64,000 bases of DNA. It comes from Bryobacterales bacterium. GTDB taxonomy: Bacteria; Acidobacteriota; Terriglobia; Bryobacterales; UBA6623. The translations under genes were made by a program, and so were the position numbers. The notes under the pieces were generated by a model. The model saw nothing but the letters and a program-made list of their open reading frames with translations, was not told where the DNA came from and did no database searches. Positions 52,542-61,595 of this stretch are shown here, one piece after another. The stretch lies in NCBI GenBank assembly GCA_965224215.1, contig CBDCYS010000039.1:193705-257704 (forward strand). The letters are read 5' to 3'. The stretch's first letter is position 1, and every line of letters starts with the position of its first letter.

Positions 52542-54182
52542 ATGATAGGGAAGTCTAACCACAACTCGGCTGGCGGAATCGCCGTTTCATTGTCAAGCGC
52601 GATCTTGCTCGCTCTTTGCTTGCCGGCTCTCTGCCTCCCGACTTTAAGTGCCCAGACTTCGCAGCCCTTCGACCTGCTTATTACAGGTGGACGCATCGTC
52701 GACGGAGCGGGGAATCCCTGGGTGCGAGGGAGCGTGGGCATTCTCGGAGACTGCATCGTTGCGATGGGGCATCTGCCCGGCGCTAAGGCGAAGCGTACGA
52801 TCGACGCGGGCGGCAACGTTGTTGCGCCGGGGTTCATCGACATCCACAACCACGGCCGGCGGGGAATTTTTCAGGTGCCGAGCGCCGAAAACTATGTCCG
52901 CCAAGGAGTGACCACGATCATCGAGGGAAATGACGGCAGCTCGCCTTTGCCGATACGAGGCTTCTTCGAAAAGCTGCTCGATACGGGAATCGCCGTTAAC
53001 CTTGGTGCATTCGTCGGTCACGGAAGCGTTCGCAACGAAGTGATTGGAGCCGAGGATCGTCGCGCAACTCCCGAGGAGCTGAATCGCATGCGGCGACTGG
53101 TCGGCCAAGCGATGAAAGAGGGGGCCCTGGGACTCAGCACGGGGTTGTTTTACATTCCCGGAAATTTCGCGCCTACCGACGAAGTGATCGAACTGGCAAA
53201 GATCGTGGCGGCTTCGGGGGGTATGCATATCTCTCATATGCGGGATGAGTCCGCGAAGCTGTTCGACAGCGTCGACGAGACGATTCGCATCGGCCAAGAG
53301 GGCGGACTGCCCACGCAGATCACTCACCACAAAGCCGTCGGCAAGCCCAATTGGGGAGGCAGTATCGAGACTCTCAAGCGCGTGGAGCGGGCTCGAGAAA
53401 ACGGGGTCGACGTGTCGATCGACCAGTATCCTTACACGGCGTCGAGTACGCGCACGGTCGCTATGTTCCCTCCTTGGGCTCAGGCAGGAGGCCGGCAGAG
53501 GTTGCTCCAGCGGTTACGCGATCCAGCGACACGGGGGCGCATCAAAGCCGAGATCGCCCGCCGCATCGAGATTGACCGCGGCGGGGGTGATCCAAAGAAT
53601 GTGCAATTGGTTCTCTGCGAGTGGGACCAGCGACTCAATGGCAAGACGCTCGCCGACGTGACGCGCGAGCGGGGCCGCGAGGTCACCTTCGAAACTGCCG
53701 CCGAAACGGCCATGGAGATCGAGACAGAGGGAGGTTGCGCGGCCGTCTACCACGCGATGGTCGAGGAAGACGTCGAGCGCATCATGAAGTATCGCGGTAC
53801 GATGATCGCCTCCGACGGCTGGATCTTTCGGCTTGGCGACGGGGTGCCGCACCCGCGCGCCTACGGGACGTTTCCGCGTGTGTTGGGGCGCTATGGGCGA
53901 GAGAAAGGCATGCTAGAGCTGGAAGACGCCGTGCGCAAGATGACGTCCTTGCCAGCGCAGCGCATTGGGCAGTTCGACCGCGGACTGCTGCGGCCGGGCA
54001 TGAAAGCCGATGTGACGATCTTCGATCCCGATACGATCATCGACCGCGCGGAGTTCGGAAAGCCCCATCAGTACCCGGACGGAGTGCACTTCGTGATCGT
54101 GAACGGGCAAGTAGTGCTAGACGACGGCAAGATGACGGCGGTTCGTCCTGGGACGATTCTTTACGGGGCAGGGAAGGAATAA
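52542..54182 (+). CDS. N-acyl-D-amino-acid deacylase (D-aminoacylase) family amidohydrolase, secreted
   Basis: 546 aa with a signal peptide. FDLLITGGRIVDGAGNPW, PGFIDIHNH, and a C-terminal FDPDTIIDRAEF...GVHFVIVNGQVV block. Confidence 0.88.
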   Translation: MIGKSNHNSAGGIAVSLSSAILLALCLPALCLPTLSAQTSQPFDLLITGGRIVDGAGNPWVRGSVGILGDCIVAMGHLPGAKAKRTIDAGGNVVAPGFIDIHNHGRRGIFQVPSAENYVRQGVTTIIEGNDGSSPLPIRGFFEKLLDTGIAVNLGAFVGHGSVRNEVIGAEDRRATPEELNRMRRLVGQAMKEGALGLSTGLFYIPGNFAPTDEVIELAKIVAASGGMHISHMRDESAKLFDSVDETIRIGQEGGLPTQITHHKAVGKPNWGGSIETLKRVERARENGVDVSIDQYPYTASSTRTVAMFPPWAQAGGRQRLLQRLRDPATRGRIKAEIARRIEIDRGGGDPKNVQLVLCEWDQRLNGKTLADVTRERGREVTFETAAETAMEIETEGGCAAVYHAMVEEDVERIMKYRGTMIASDGWIFRLGDGVPHPRAYGTFPRVLGRYGREKGMLELEDAVRKMTSLPAQRIGQFDRGLLRPGMKADVTIFDPDTIIDRAEFGKPHQYPDGVHFVIVNGQVVLDDGKMTAVRPGTILYGAGKE

Positions 54183-54232
54183 TGCGGCGAGACGCTGCAG
54201 ATTGCCAGCCGCGGACTTGCGCGGCTTGCGGA

Positions 54233-54252
54233 GCATGGACTTCCGTCCACGC
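54233..54252. repeat. REP-type hairpin GCATGGAC-TTCC-GTCCACGC
   Basis: Third member of the family, 51 bp after the stop at 54182. Confidence 0.65.
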
Positions 54253-54275
54253 CTCTGTCCGATCGATTCGAGTTT

Positions 54276-54689
54276 CTAATAGTCACGAATAGTTCCACAG
54301 GCCGAACAGCACTGACAGCCGGTAGCCGACAAAGCCGCGCCGATACGGATCCACAGCAGATCGGTCCAACCGGGCTTAGGGCTTCCGCATAGCGGGCAAA
54401 TATCTGCTTGGGTGAAGCTGTCTCTCGATTCTGGGACGCCATCTGGCGGCTCCTCGTCCGGAAGGTCGTCCGCGATATCGAGAAGTTCCAGAGCGTCCCG
54501 CACATCGCGGGCGCGCACTTGTAAGCGGAGTCCATCGGAGTAGCCCGTGTGACCAACCATGTTCGACATGTGTTCGTCCAGAATGGCGGCTGGAATGTCG
54601 TGGGCCCCGAGCATGCCCCTGACGAGGTGGGCTTGTTGGGCAGTGGGAAAGGTCGCGATCGTGACAAGCGAGTCAGGCATGGAATTCAT
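54276..54689 (-). CDS. DUF2007 (putative signal-transducing, GlnB-like fold) domain protein with Cys-rich C-terminus
   Basis: Start placed at MNSMPDSLVTIATFPTAQQAHLVRGMLGAHDIPAAILDEH; the track ORF extends further upstream through a region that looks non-coding in that frame. CPLCGS...CQCCSACG tail. Confidence 0.7.
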   Translation of the reverse strand: MNSMPDSLVTIATFPTAQQAHLVRGMLGAHDIPAAILDEHMSNMVGHTGYSDGLRLQVRARDVRDALELLDIADDLPDEEPPDGVPESRDSFTQADICPLCGSPKPGWTDLLWIRIGAALSATGCQCCSACGTIRDY

Positions 54690-54928
54690 CAGAATAGCGC
54701 GAGGGCGGTCCCCGTGAGCGCACCCGCCTGGTTCGCCTTCGAGGGAGTAAGAAGCGAGCCGTGTGCCTTGTTGAACTGCTCTGAAGAGAGGGCTTCCTCC
54801 CGTGCTGGAGAGGGCGACTTTTGCTGCCCCGCCAACACGAATGCGAACAAACAGGCGCACAGGATGCTGTAAAGCAGCTTCGTCAGCGGCCTCCGGATAC
54901 GGCGAATGGTCAGATGTCGGCGGAGGAC

Positions 54929-55417
54929 TTACATCTTGTACTGGCCGAGATCTTCGTCGTTCAAGTTCTCGAGCCATCGGCGCAATTCTTCGCTATTGGC
55001 CTTGTCGCTCACTGCATTGCTGACTTTTGAGGACTTCAGCACATCATCGTCTACATAGATTGGGCAGTCCAGACGCAGAGCCACGGCCAGAGCATCGCTC
55101 GGGCGGGCGTCGATCGAAATCATCTCACCGTTGTGCTCGATCCAGATCAGCGCAAAAAACGTATCGTCTTTCAACTCGCTGACGACAACCTTGCGGACTC
55201 CGGTCGTCGTTCCCCTCAGAATATTTTTGATTAAGTCATGCGTCATCGGCCGCGGCGTGGCCACCTTCTCAATTTCCAGGGCGATAGCGTTGGCTTCATA
55301 GACGCCGACCCAGATCGGCAAGACCGATTTACCCTCAACGTCTTTTAGGATGACGATCGGCATGTTGGTCACCGGGTCCATCATCAACCCACGGATTTTC
55401 ATCTCGACTTCCATCAC
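54929..55417 (-). CDS. bifunctional nuclease (BFN/DUF151) family protein
   Basis: 162 aa. PIVILKDVEGKSVLPIWVGVYEANAIALEIE...RPMTHDL...DARPSDALAVALR. Confidence 0.88.
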   Translation of the reverse strand: MMEVEMKIRGLMMDPVTNMPIVILKDVEGKSVLPIWVGVYEANAIALEIEKVATPRPMTHDLIKNILRGTTTGVRKVVVSELKDDTFFALIWIEHNGEMISIDARPSDALAVALRLDCPIYVDDDVLKSSKVSNAVSDKANSEELRRWLENLNDEDLGQYKM

Positions 55418-55470
55418 CTGCCCCCGGTGTTGTATTCCCGTTACGATTCGTCCTTCGGTACGATATTATC

Positions 55471-56841
55471 CTACTGCAGAATTTTGAAACCGTGAAACTG
55501 TGGCCGCGCCACCTCAGACACAAACTCGCCTCTCAAGGAGTTCGGTCCCGACGCGGTCACTCTCACACGGCAATAAGAGCCGAGCAAATCAGCGCCAACG
55601 GACGTCATCGCCGGACTAGAGAAATTCAGCACCCGGTTCTGAGTGGTTCGGCCGACCCACTGCTTGAATTTTTCGCGCCAACCCTCGACGAGAACTTCTT
55701 CGTCCCGGCCGATCAGCGTGGCGTTCTTGCGGATCTGAATCCGTCGCTGCCTTTCCTGTAAAGTCAACAGACGGCGCGATTTTTCTTCCTCGGGCACCGG
55801 ATCGTCGTAGGCGGCAGCCGAAGTGTTTGCGCGCGGCGAGTACTTGAAAGAAAAGACCGAGTCATATTCGACTTCGTCTAGCAGCGAGAGCGTTTGCGCG
55901 AAGTCCTCTTCGGTCTCGCCTGGAAATCCTACGATGATGTCCGTGCTGAGCGCGACTTCACGCCGGGCCTGCTTTATATTGGCGATCCGTTCCAGGTAAT
56001 CTTCCCGGCTGTAGAGCCGTTCCATGCGGGTCAACACGCGGCTAGAGCCTGACTGCACCGGCAAGTGAACGTGGTTGCACAGGACAGGATTTTCCTCGAT
56101 GGCCGTAACAATGTCGGGTGTGAAATCGCGGGGGTGTGAGGTCGTAAAGCGCACGCGGCGTATTCCGGGCACCCGACCCACCCCGGCCAGCATTTGAGCG
56201 AAGTTCCATCCGGCACTCGAAGAGTCTCGATAGCTATTGACGTTCTGGCCCAGTAGTTGAATCTCGGTGTGTCCGTTCGCCCCCAGTTGCCGTGCTTCGG
56301 CGAGAACGCTTTCACTGGTGCGGCTCCTCTCGGGGCCGCGCGTAAACGGCACAACACAATAGGCGCAATGCTTGTCGCATCCTTCGATGATGGTGATATA
56401 GGCGCGGTGGGGATTATCCCGCCGCGTCAGGGGAGTTTCGAACGTCTCATCGGTGTCGAGGTCGAGGCCGGTGACGCGGTTTTCACCGGCTTCCAAGCGG
56501 TCAATCAGGCCTGAGAGGGCGTTGTAGCTTGCCGAGCCGCAGACCAGGCTAACGTGCGGAGCTTGCTCGAAGATCTCTTCTCCCTTGTGCTGTGCAACGC
56601 AGCCGAGGACTCCGAATGTTTTTCCCTGAGCCTTGAGTTTCTTGAAATTCGCCAGGCGCGAGAAAACTTTCTGCTCGGCTTTATCCCGGATGCTGCAAGT
56701 GTTGTAGAGAACGAGGCCGGCGTGCTCAGGTTCCTCGACCTCCTGATACCCCTTGGAAACCAGAGTGCCGCGCACCTTTTCGCTGTCATGTACATTCATC
56801 TGACAGCCAAAGGTTTCGATGCAAAAAGTCTTCTGGTCCAC
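55471..56841 (-). CDS. miaB: tRNA-2-methylthio-N6-dimethylallyladenosine synthase
   Basis: 456 aa. FCIETFGCQMNVHDSE (UPF0004 domain), EGCDKHCAYCVVP radical SAM motif, and a TRAM C-terminus. Confidence 0.95.
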   Translation of the reverse strand: MDQKTFCIETFGCQMNVHDSEKVRGTLVSKGYQEVEEPEHAGLVLYNTCSIRDKAEQKVFSRLANFKKLKAQGKTFGVLGCVAQHKGEEIFEQAPHVSLVCGSASYNALSGLIDRLEAGENRVTGLDLDTDETFETPLTRRDNPHRAYITIIEGCDKHCAYCVVPFTRGPERSRTSESVLAEARQLGANGHTEIQLLGQNVNSYRDSSSAGWNFAQMLAGVGRVPGIRRVRFTTSHPRDFTPDIVTAIEENPVLCNHVHLPVQSGSSRVLTRMERLYSREDYLERIANIKQARREVALSTDIIVGFPGETEEDFAQTLSLLDEVEYDSVFSFKYSPRANTSAAAYDDPVPEEEKSRRLLTLQERQRRIQIRKNATLIGRDEEVLVEGWREKFKQWVGRTTQNRVLNFSSPAMTSVGADLLGSYCRVRVTASGPNSLRGEFVSEVARPQFHGFKILQ

Positions 56842-56994
56842 GAATCCCCTCTAGTTCGATCAGTATACCAATGACTTGTGATTCTCTATCGAGCAACTCC
56901 GCTGCGGATCGACAACCCACTGGACCTGCTATTCCACCCGACCGATGCTGTATTGGCCTCCGCGTGAACGATAAGGGGCAAAGAGATATTCGCT

Positions 56995-57333
56995 ATGCCG
57001 CCTATCGACAACAAACGCCAATCGACACGTCAGATGTGCTCCGACTTCGTCAAAGTATCTTTCGCAGACCAAAATGGCCGGACCGTCTCAGATACCGGTC
57101 TACTGGAGGATGTCAGCCCACAGGGATTGAATATCAGCCTGAGCATCCCTTTGCCGAAGGGCCAAGAGATCCAACTGCGAATGGAAAAGTTTTCAGGGAC
57201 AGCGAGGGTCCGCTATTGCAACCTTGGCGAATACAGTTATCTCGTTGGGTTGGAGTTCGCCGATCAACATGAGTGGGATCCCGAAAAATGGGCGCCGCGT
57301 CATCTGCTGACGGTTCCCGCCGAAGATTCTTGA
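56995..57333 (+). CDS. PilZ-domain protein
   Basis: 112 aa. An N-terminal KRQSTRQ (RxxxR-like) motif followed by DVSPQGL (D/NxSxxG), as in c-di-GMP-binding PilZ domains. Confidence 0.7.
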   Translation: MPPIDNKRQSTRQMCSDFVKVSFADQNGRTVSDTGLLEDVSPQGLNISLSIPLPKGQEIQLRMEKFSGTARVRYCNLGEYSYLVGLEFADQHEWDPEKWAPRHLLTVPAEDS

Positions 57334-57448
57334 GGCTGCCGCACTGCGGACCAGCCCAAACGAATGCGGGGCGCACGTGCTCCTTCGGGATGACGTGCTT
57401 GCTGGTGGGCTGGACCTGTCACTTGCGCTCCGGGCGCTGAAGGTCTGC

Positions 57449-58261
57449 TTAGGTGTTCTCCCCAGCGGTTCCGCGCCAGGGCGGCATAGCGCGCAGCAGT
57501 CGCCCGATCGCCGCCCCGATCAATGCGCCTACCAGAGGGACTCCGAGATGGGCGAGAGCCACATGTGCGGCATTGTTCATTCCGCAGCCGAAGTGCAGTA
57601 CGACCACGCCGACGAGTCCTGCCAGCAACCCAGCGCCGGCGCCCACAACGCCTAGAGATAAAACTGCCCCTCGCCGCAGAAGCATCACGACGAGCCCGGC
57701 CGCCGGCAAGGAAAACATGAAACCGTGGCGAAAACATTTCCAACTGTCGGGCAGGATGTTGTGGCTGAGATCCCAGGGAAATAGCAGGGATACCGAGAGA
57801 AACAGGGGTACCAGCAGCAGCAGGAATAATCTCGGCGCAGTCAGGACTCTTTTCTCACCAGGCGCCATTTCGCGGCTCAAGGTAAGAGCAACCAGAAAAG
57901 CGGCTGCCGCGACAATGCCCAGCATGCCCGCGAATTCCATGTTGCCCACCTTGTTCACTCCACCTACGCCCGATACCCCAACGAAGGCCGCCGACATCGC
58001 GCCAAAAATCAACAAGAATCCCAAGGTGAGCAAGCGCGTGCTGGGCAGCGGCTTGACGGGTTCCAGGGATTGCTGGACAGTGCGGTTGATCCGCGATCGT
58101 GACTCCGGTGTCAATTCAGTAGGGTCTTGACGGGTCAGGAAATTCCAAAGCGCCTTACACGACTGGCACTGCCCGAGGTGCTCGTGCACTTGAGCCGGCA
58201 GGTTGCCCCAGCCTTGGCTGTTCGCCCTGTCAATATGCTTGCTGACGTCGCCGCAGGTCAT
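57449..58261 (-). CDS. membrane anti-sigma factor (zf-HC2 N-terminus, NrsF/DUF1109-like polytopic body)
   Basis: 270 aa. The N-terminal CGDV...HLGQCQSCKALW is a zf-HC2 pattern, followed by about six TM segments. ATGA overlap with the upstream sigma gene. Confidence 0.75.
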   Translation of the reverse strand: MTCGDVSKHIDRANSQGWGNLPAQVHEHLGQCQSCKALWNFLTRQDPTELTPESRSRINRTVQQSLEPVKPLPSTRLLTLGFLLIFGAMSAAFVGVSGVGGVNKVGNMEFAGMLGIVAAAAFLVALTLSREMAPGEKRVLTAPRLFLLLLVPLFLSVSLLFPWDLSHNILPDSWKCFRHGFMFSLPAAGLVVMLLRRGAVLSLGVVGAGAGLLAGLVGVVVLHFGCGMNNAAHVALAHLGVPLVGALIGAAIGRLLRAMPPWRGTAGENT

Positions 58262-58956
58262 TTTCTTGACCCTTCCGGCCGTGACCCTTTGGATTGCCCA
58301 TCGATCATCTCTCGAAGCTTCACGTAGGCTCGATGAGCCTTCTGTTTCACCGCGCCCACGGTGCCGCCGGTTGCGCGCGCTATCTCTTCAAGGCTCATCC
58401 CCGTAACCTTGAGCATGATGATCACTTCTTGCTGGCTAGCCGGCAAGTGTCGAACGAAACGCCAAAGATCAATCTCAGGCGTCACCGCTGGTGTTGAAGC
58501 GCGGCCGTCGGTGTCACTAATGTTCTCGAGCGCCGATTCGCGTGTTTCAATCCGCCGCCGCCGCCGGTAGGCGTCGATGCGTGTGTGCCGGGCAATTGCA
58601 AAGACCCAAGGCAGCACCGGTGTTCCTGGGCGGTAGGTGTGCCTGGCACGGTGAAGCCGAAGCCAGCAATCCTGCAGCATGTCTTCGGCAAACCCTCGGG
58701 TATAGATCGGGACGGCCAAGAAACGAAGCAACATCGGGGATAGCTGTTCAACCAACTGATTCGCGGCGTCGGGATCGGCGTTCTGGTAGCTCAGCATCAG
58801 CTCTTGGAGCTGGTCGGCCTCCTTCTCGGCGGGCGAGATAGCCGCACTTCCGGGGCCGCTCACATTTTTTGCCGCCTTCACCCCACACCACGACGGCGCA
58901 AGCGCATCGGCGTAACTAGCTGCCACATCCAGTTCATTCGCATCGCGCTGCGACAT
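58258..58956 (-). CDS. ECF-type sigma-70 family factor
   Basis: 232 aa. Region 2 (AEDMLQDCWLRLHRARHTY...WVFAIARHTRIDAYRRR) and region 4 (MSLEEIARATGGTVGAVKQKAHRAY). The ~55-aa N-terminal extension may reflect a too-early start; an alternative is MLSYQNAD. Confidence 0.85.
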   Translation of the reverse strand: MSQRDANELDVAASYADALAPSWCGVKAAKNVSGPGSAAISPAEKEADQLQELMLSYQNADPDAANQLVEQLSPMLLRFLAVPIYTRGFAEDMLQDCWLRLHRARHTYRPGTPVLPWVFAIARHTRIDAYRRRRRIETRESALENISDTDGRASTPAVTPEIDLWRFVRHLPASQQEVIIMLKVTGMSLEEIARATGGTVGAVKQKAHRAYVKLREMIDGQSKGSRPEGSRK

Positions 58957-59349
58957 GGTTACGACTGCTTGCGCACGAAGCCGTTTGCGCTGATCTTTTT
59001 AGCCAGGCCAAGACCACTCTACCAGCCGTTGTACGAAGTTCAGCGTTGAGTTGAAACAAGCCGCGTCCAAGCTGCCAAGCCCGTCGCTCGATTCGGCATC
59101 AGATCCATGCTGACCAGCTACATCGTCACTGGACAGAACTGCTAGCTGCCGTCCGACCATTCTCCTCCGCCATCGTTATAGTAGCGAAAAGAGCGACCCC
59201 GCCCTTTAGCGCCGTGGCCCGCGGTCGCCGGGCTTTGGGGGCCTGTGTTCGAGCCCTATACGTGTCGGGGCAGGCTGTGGTTGAGCTCCGTGGCGTGAAC
59301 GCCCGGCTCCCCAAGTGGCTTGCTAGGTTAATTTTCCAAAACTTTCTTC

Positions 59350-59378
59350 TTGCTAAGCGCTGTTGATCCGCGTATAAT
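59350..59378 (+). promoter_or_regulatory. near-consensus sigma70 promoter (TTGCTA-17 nt-TATAAT)
   Basis: TTGCTA at 59350-59355 and TATAAT at 59373-59378, with an exact 17-nt spacer, in an AT-rich patch of an otherwise GC-rich spacer. Confidence 0.5.
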
Positions 59379-59547
59379 ATTCGTACCTGAAGCGATGGTT
59401 TGACGAACGGGTGGGTTCGTTAGCCTAGCTCTGGTGGCTTCAGCGATGACATCTAAACATGTCGGCCAGCAACGGTCGGCAGCCACATTGTTTTACCCCA
59501 TTAGACCTTTGTGCGGATGATTGTTTGAGCGACGACTGTCCGTGTAA

Positions 59548-60077
59548 CCTGAATTATGCACTGCGGCGTGGACCTGAGGAGGGCTGAGCCGCAAGAGACC
59601 ATTTGGGACCCCCGAAAACATGGGGTAAAAAGGTAGGCTGGCAAAGATCCCAGCTTCGCCAGCCAACCCCAAGGAGGTCACCCACATGGTTACCAGACGA
59701 AAACAGCATAGCTCCCAAAGGCCCGTCCAACAAGGCCCAGCCGTGACGGCCTCGCGGCCCAATAAAATCGGGGCTTCGACGCCTTACCACTTCCGCGGCA
59801 GGAAGCCGACTCCCTACGGCGGCTTGCTGCCGGTGGTCGGGAGGGCGCTGATCTGAGAGCCTGGCTATGCGCTATGCATAAAATTTTATGCACTAGCCGT
59901 AACGCACTGGAAACACGTCACTTCCGAGCGAGGTTTTGACGACGCGGATTCTGGGCGGGAAGGGAAACCAGACACGGAGAAGCCAAAAGACCAGTTGCCG
60001 AGCTACCACCTCACGACGACCGCCAACCCGCTACGAACGCAGCCACACTCGCAAAGTGAATCTGTGCATAATTCAGG
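59548..60077 (+). mobile_element. 530-bp MITE-like IS1380-family derivative, copy B (inverted relative to copy A)
   Basis: IRs at 59548-59561 and 60064-60077. 5-bp TSD TGTAA (59543-59547, 60078-60082). Internal ORFs are identical to those of copy A. Mini-ORF at 59686-59856 with an AAGGAGG SD. Confidence 0.85.
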
Positions 60078-60175
60078 TGTAAACGGACAGTGCGCATCAG
60101 GAGTCTAATAGTCCTAACTAAAAGGGACGATATAGTCCAAGTTGATTCGAGTGGACTAACAACGGAAGGTGAATC

Positions 60176-60583
60176 ATGACGAGTACTGCTACCAAAGGGT
60201 TGACGAAAACCCAGATCAACAGATTCAAAAGAATGCTGGATGCCAAGGCTCTCGAAATCAGAGCCAACTTGCAGTCTTCTTCTGCCGCCAAAGCCTTGGC
60301 GCGAGGCGACGAGCCACCGGACCTTGAAGAATTGCCCGGACAGAGTCACGAAGAATGGATCTTCCTCAATCGCAACAATATCGAAGCCTTGTTGTTGCGC
60401 GAGATCGACGAAGCGCTCGATCGCATCGAAGATGGCGGTTACGGAACCTGCTTGGAGTGCGAGGAGCCGATCTCCCTCAAACGGCTGGAAGCGGTCTGCT
60501 GGGCAAGCCGCTGCGTTACCTGCCAGGAGGAACTTTCGGCAAACGATGAGCCGCCCGAGCGGGCACGCTCTTACCGAAGTTAA
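60176..60583 (+). CDS. DksA/TraR-family C4 zinc-finger regulator
   Basis: 135 aa. A coiled-coil N-terminus and CLECEEPISLKRLEAVCWASRCVTCQE (CxxC-17-CxxC). Confidence 0.85.
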   Translation: MTSTATKGLTKTQINRFKRMLDAKALEIRANLQSSSAAKALARGDEPPDLEELPGQSHEEWIFLNRNNIEALLLREIDEALDRIEDGGYGTCLECEEPISLKRLEAVCWASRCVTCQEELSANDEPPERARSYRS

Positions 60584-60783
60584 AGGTACTGGGGTCTTTG
60601 GGTGGGCGAGTGCGTTCTACAGCCAATCTGTCTCGGTTACTTCGCCCTTGGCAGGTGAAAGGTCAGCCCAAATCTGAAAATTCAAGACAGGACCTCTGCG
60701 CGCGGAATCGCGGAGCTGCCTGCGCAGAGATGCGCCCTGAGGCAGATCCACCTCAGGACCGGTTTCAGACGCGAGGTGTCGAC

Positions 60784-61104
60784 CTAGCTGGATGCTTCCG
60801 ATGGGCCCTCAGGGCCGCGCGACGCACTGGCGGTTTTAACCCGGCTCAGAGCCTCTTTGCCCTTTTCAAATAGATCAGCTGCATCATCAGCAATCTCTTT
60901 GCCGCGATCGTAATATTCGCGACCCTTCTCCATCGCTTCACGCCCGGACTCAGCCAGTCTGCCTCGGCCGTCTTCGGTGCGTCGGCGAAGGTACTCGCGA
61001 GTTTCCGTACCGGTCTGCGGGGCAAGCAGTAAAGCGGCAGTCGCGCCTAGCGCGGCTCCTACCAAAAACCAAGCTAGATTGGCACCGCCATTGTTATCGG
61101 CCAT
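60784..61104 (-). CDS. YtxH-domain protein
   Basis: Start placed at MADNNGGANLAWFLVGAALGATAALLLAPQTG; TM helix plus charged helical tail is typical of YtxH. The track ORF starts 11 codons earlier. Confidence 0.8.
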   Translation of the reverse strand: MADNNGGANLAWFLVGAALGATAALLLAPQTGTETREYLRRRTEDGRGRLAESGREAMEKGREYYDRGKEIADDAADLFEKGKEALSRVKTASASRGPEGPSEASS

Positions 61105-61168
61105 CAGATCGTCCTCCAAAGGTTCAGTATAGATCAACCAGCCAGGCTACCTGGCCGCAAGCCCCCAC

Positions 61169-61441
61169 GTGTTTCCACCGCTTTGGTTTTTGGATTGCTC
61201 GAATGTGTTGAATGCTCCAGCGTTGAACAGCCTCGAGCTTACTCTGCGTTATCCTCTCGAGCTGAACTCGGGAACCGGCGGTGCGATCAAGATCGATCGG
61301 AACTGGCTTGCCGCTGCAGAGCTGGTCTTTCTCGAATGGGTTCCTCGCGGCGAATTCCGCACGGAGGTTCGGATCGACAACTTTCGCATCAACGACTATG
61401 CGTCGATCGGGATCGCAGCCGCGCCTTCAGAGCCAAATTAG
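61169..61441 (+). CDS. hypothetical protein (weak call)
   Basis: 90-aa GTG-initiated ORF in the 480-bp divergent spacer. The composition looks protein-like (…AIKIDRNWLAAAELVFLEWVPRGEFRTEVRIDNFRINDY) but there is no recognisable family or SD. Confidence 0.25.
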   Translation: MFPPLWFLDCSNVLNAPALNSLELTLRYPLELNSGTGGAIKIDRNWLAAAELVFLEWVPRGEFRTEVRIDNFRINDYASIGIAAAPSEPN

Positions 61442-61595
61442 GGACGAGCCAACGACGACGCTGTCGCGTTCACTTCGAGCAGCCGCCTAGAGCGGGGCCG
61501 ACCTCGAAGCAATGGGATGAGGTTGTCCAATTCCGACACCCCCGTCTCGCGCTAAACTGCGCAAGGAAAGTCCTAGGCTAGAATGAGTGGGTTCC

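Noticed and set aside
20294-60077. The two inverted MITEs considered as the ends of a composite transposon
   Set aside because: Each copy has its own matching 5-bp duplication (TAACA/TAACA and TGTAA/TGTAA). They therefore inserted independently rather than moving the intervening 38.7 kb as a unit.
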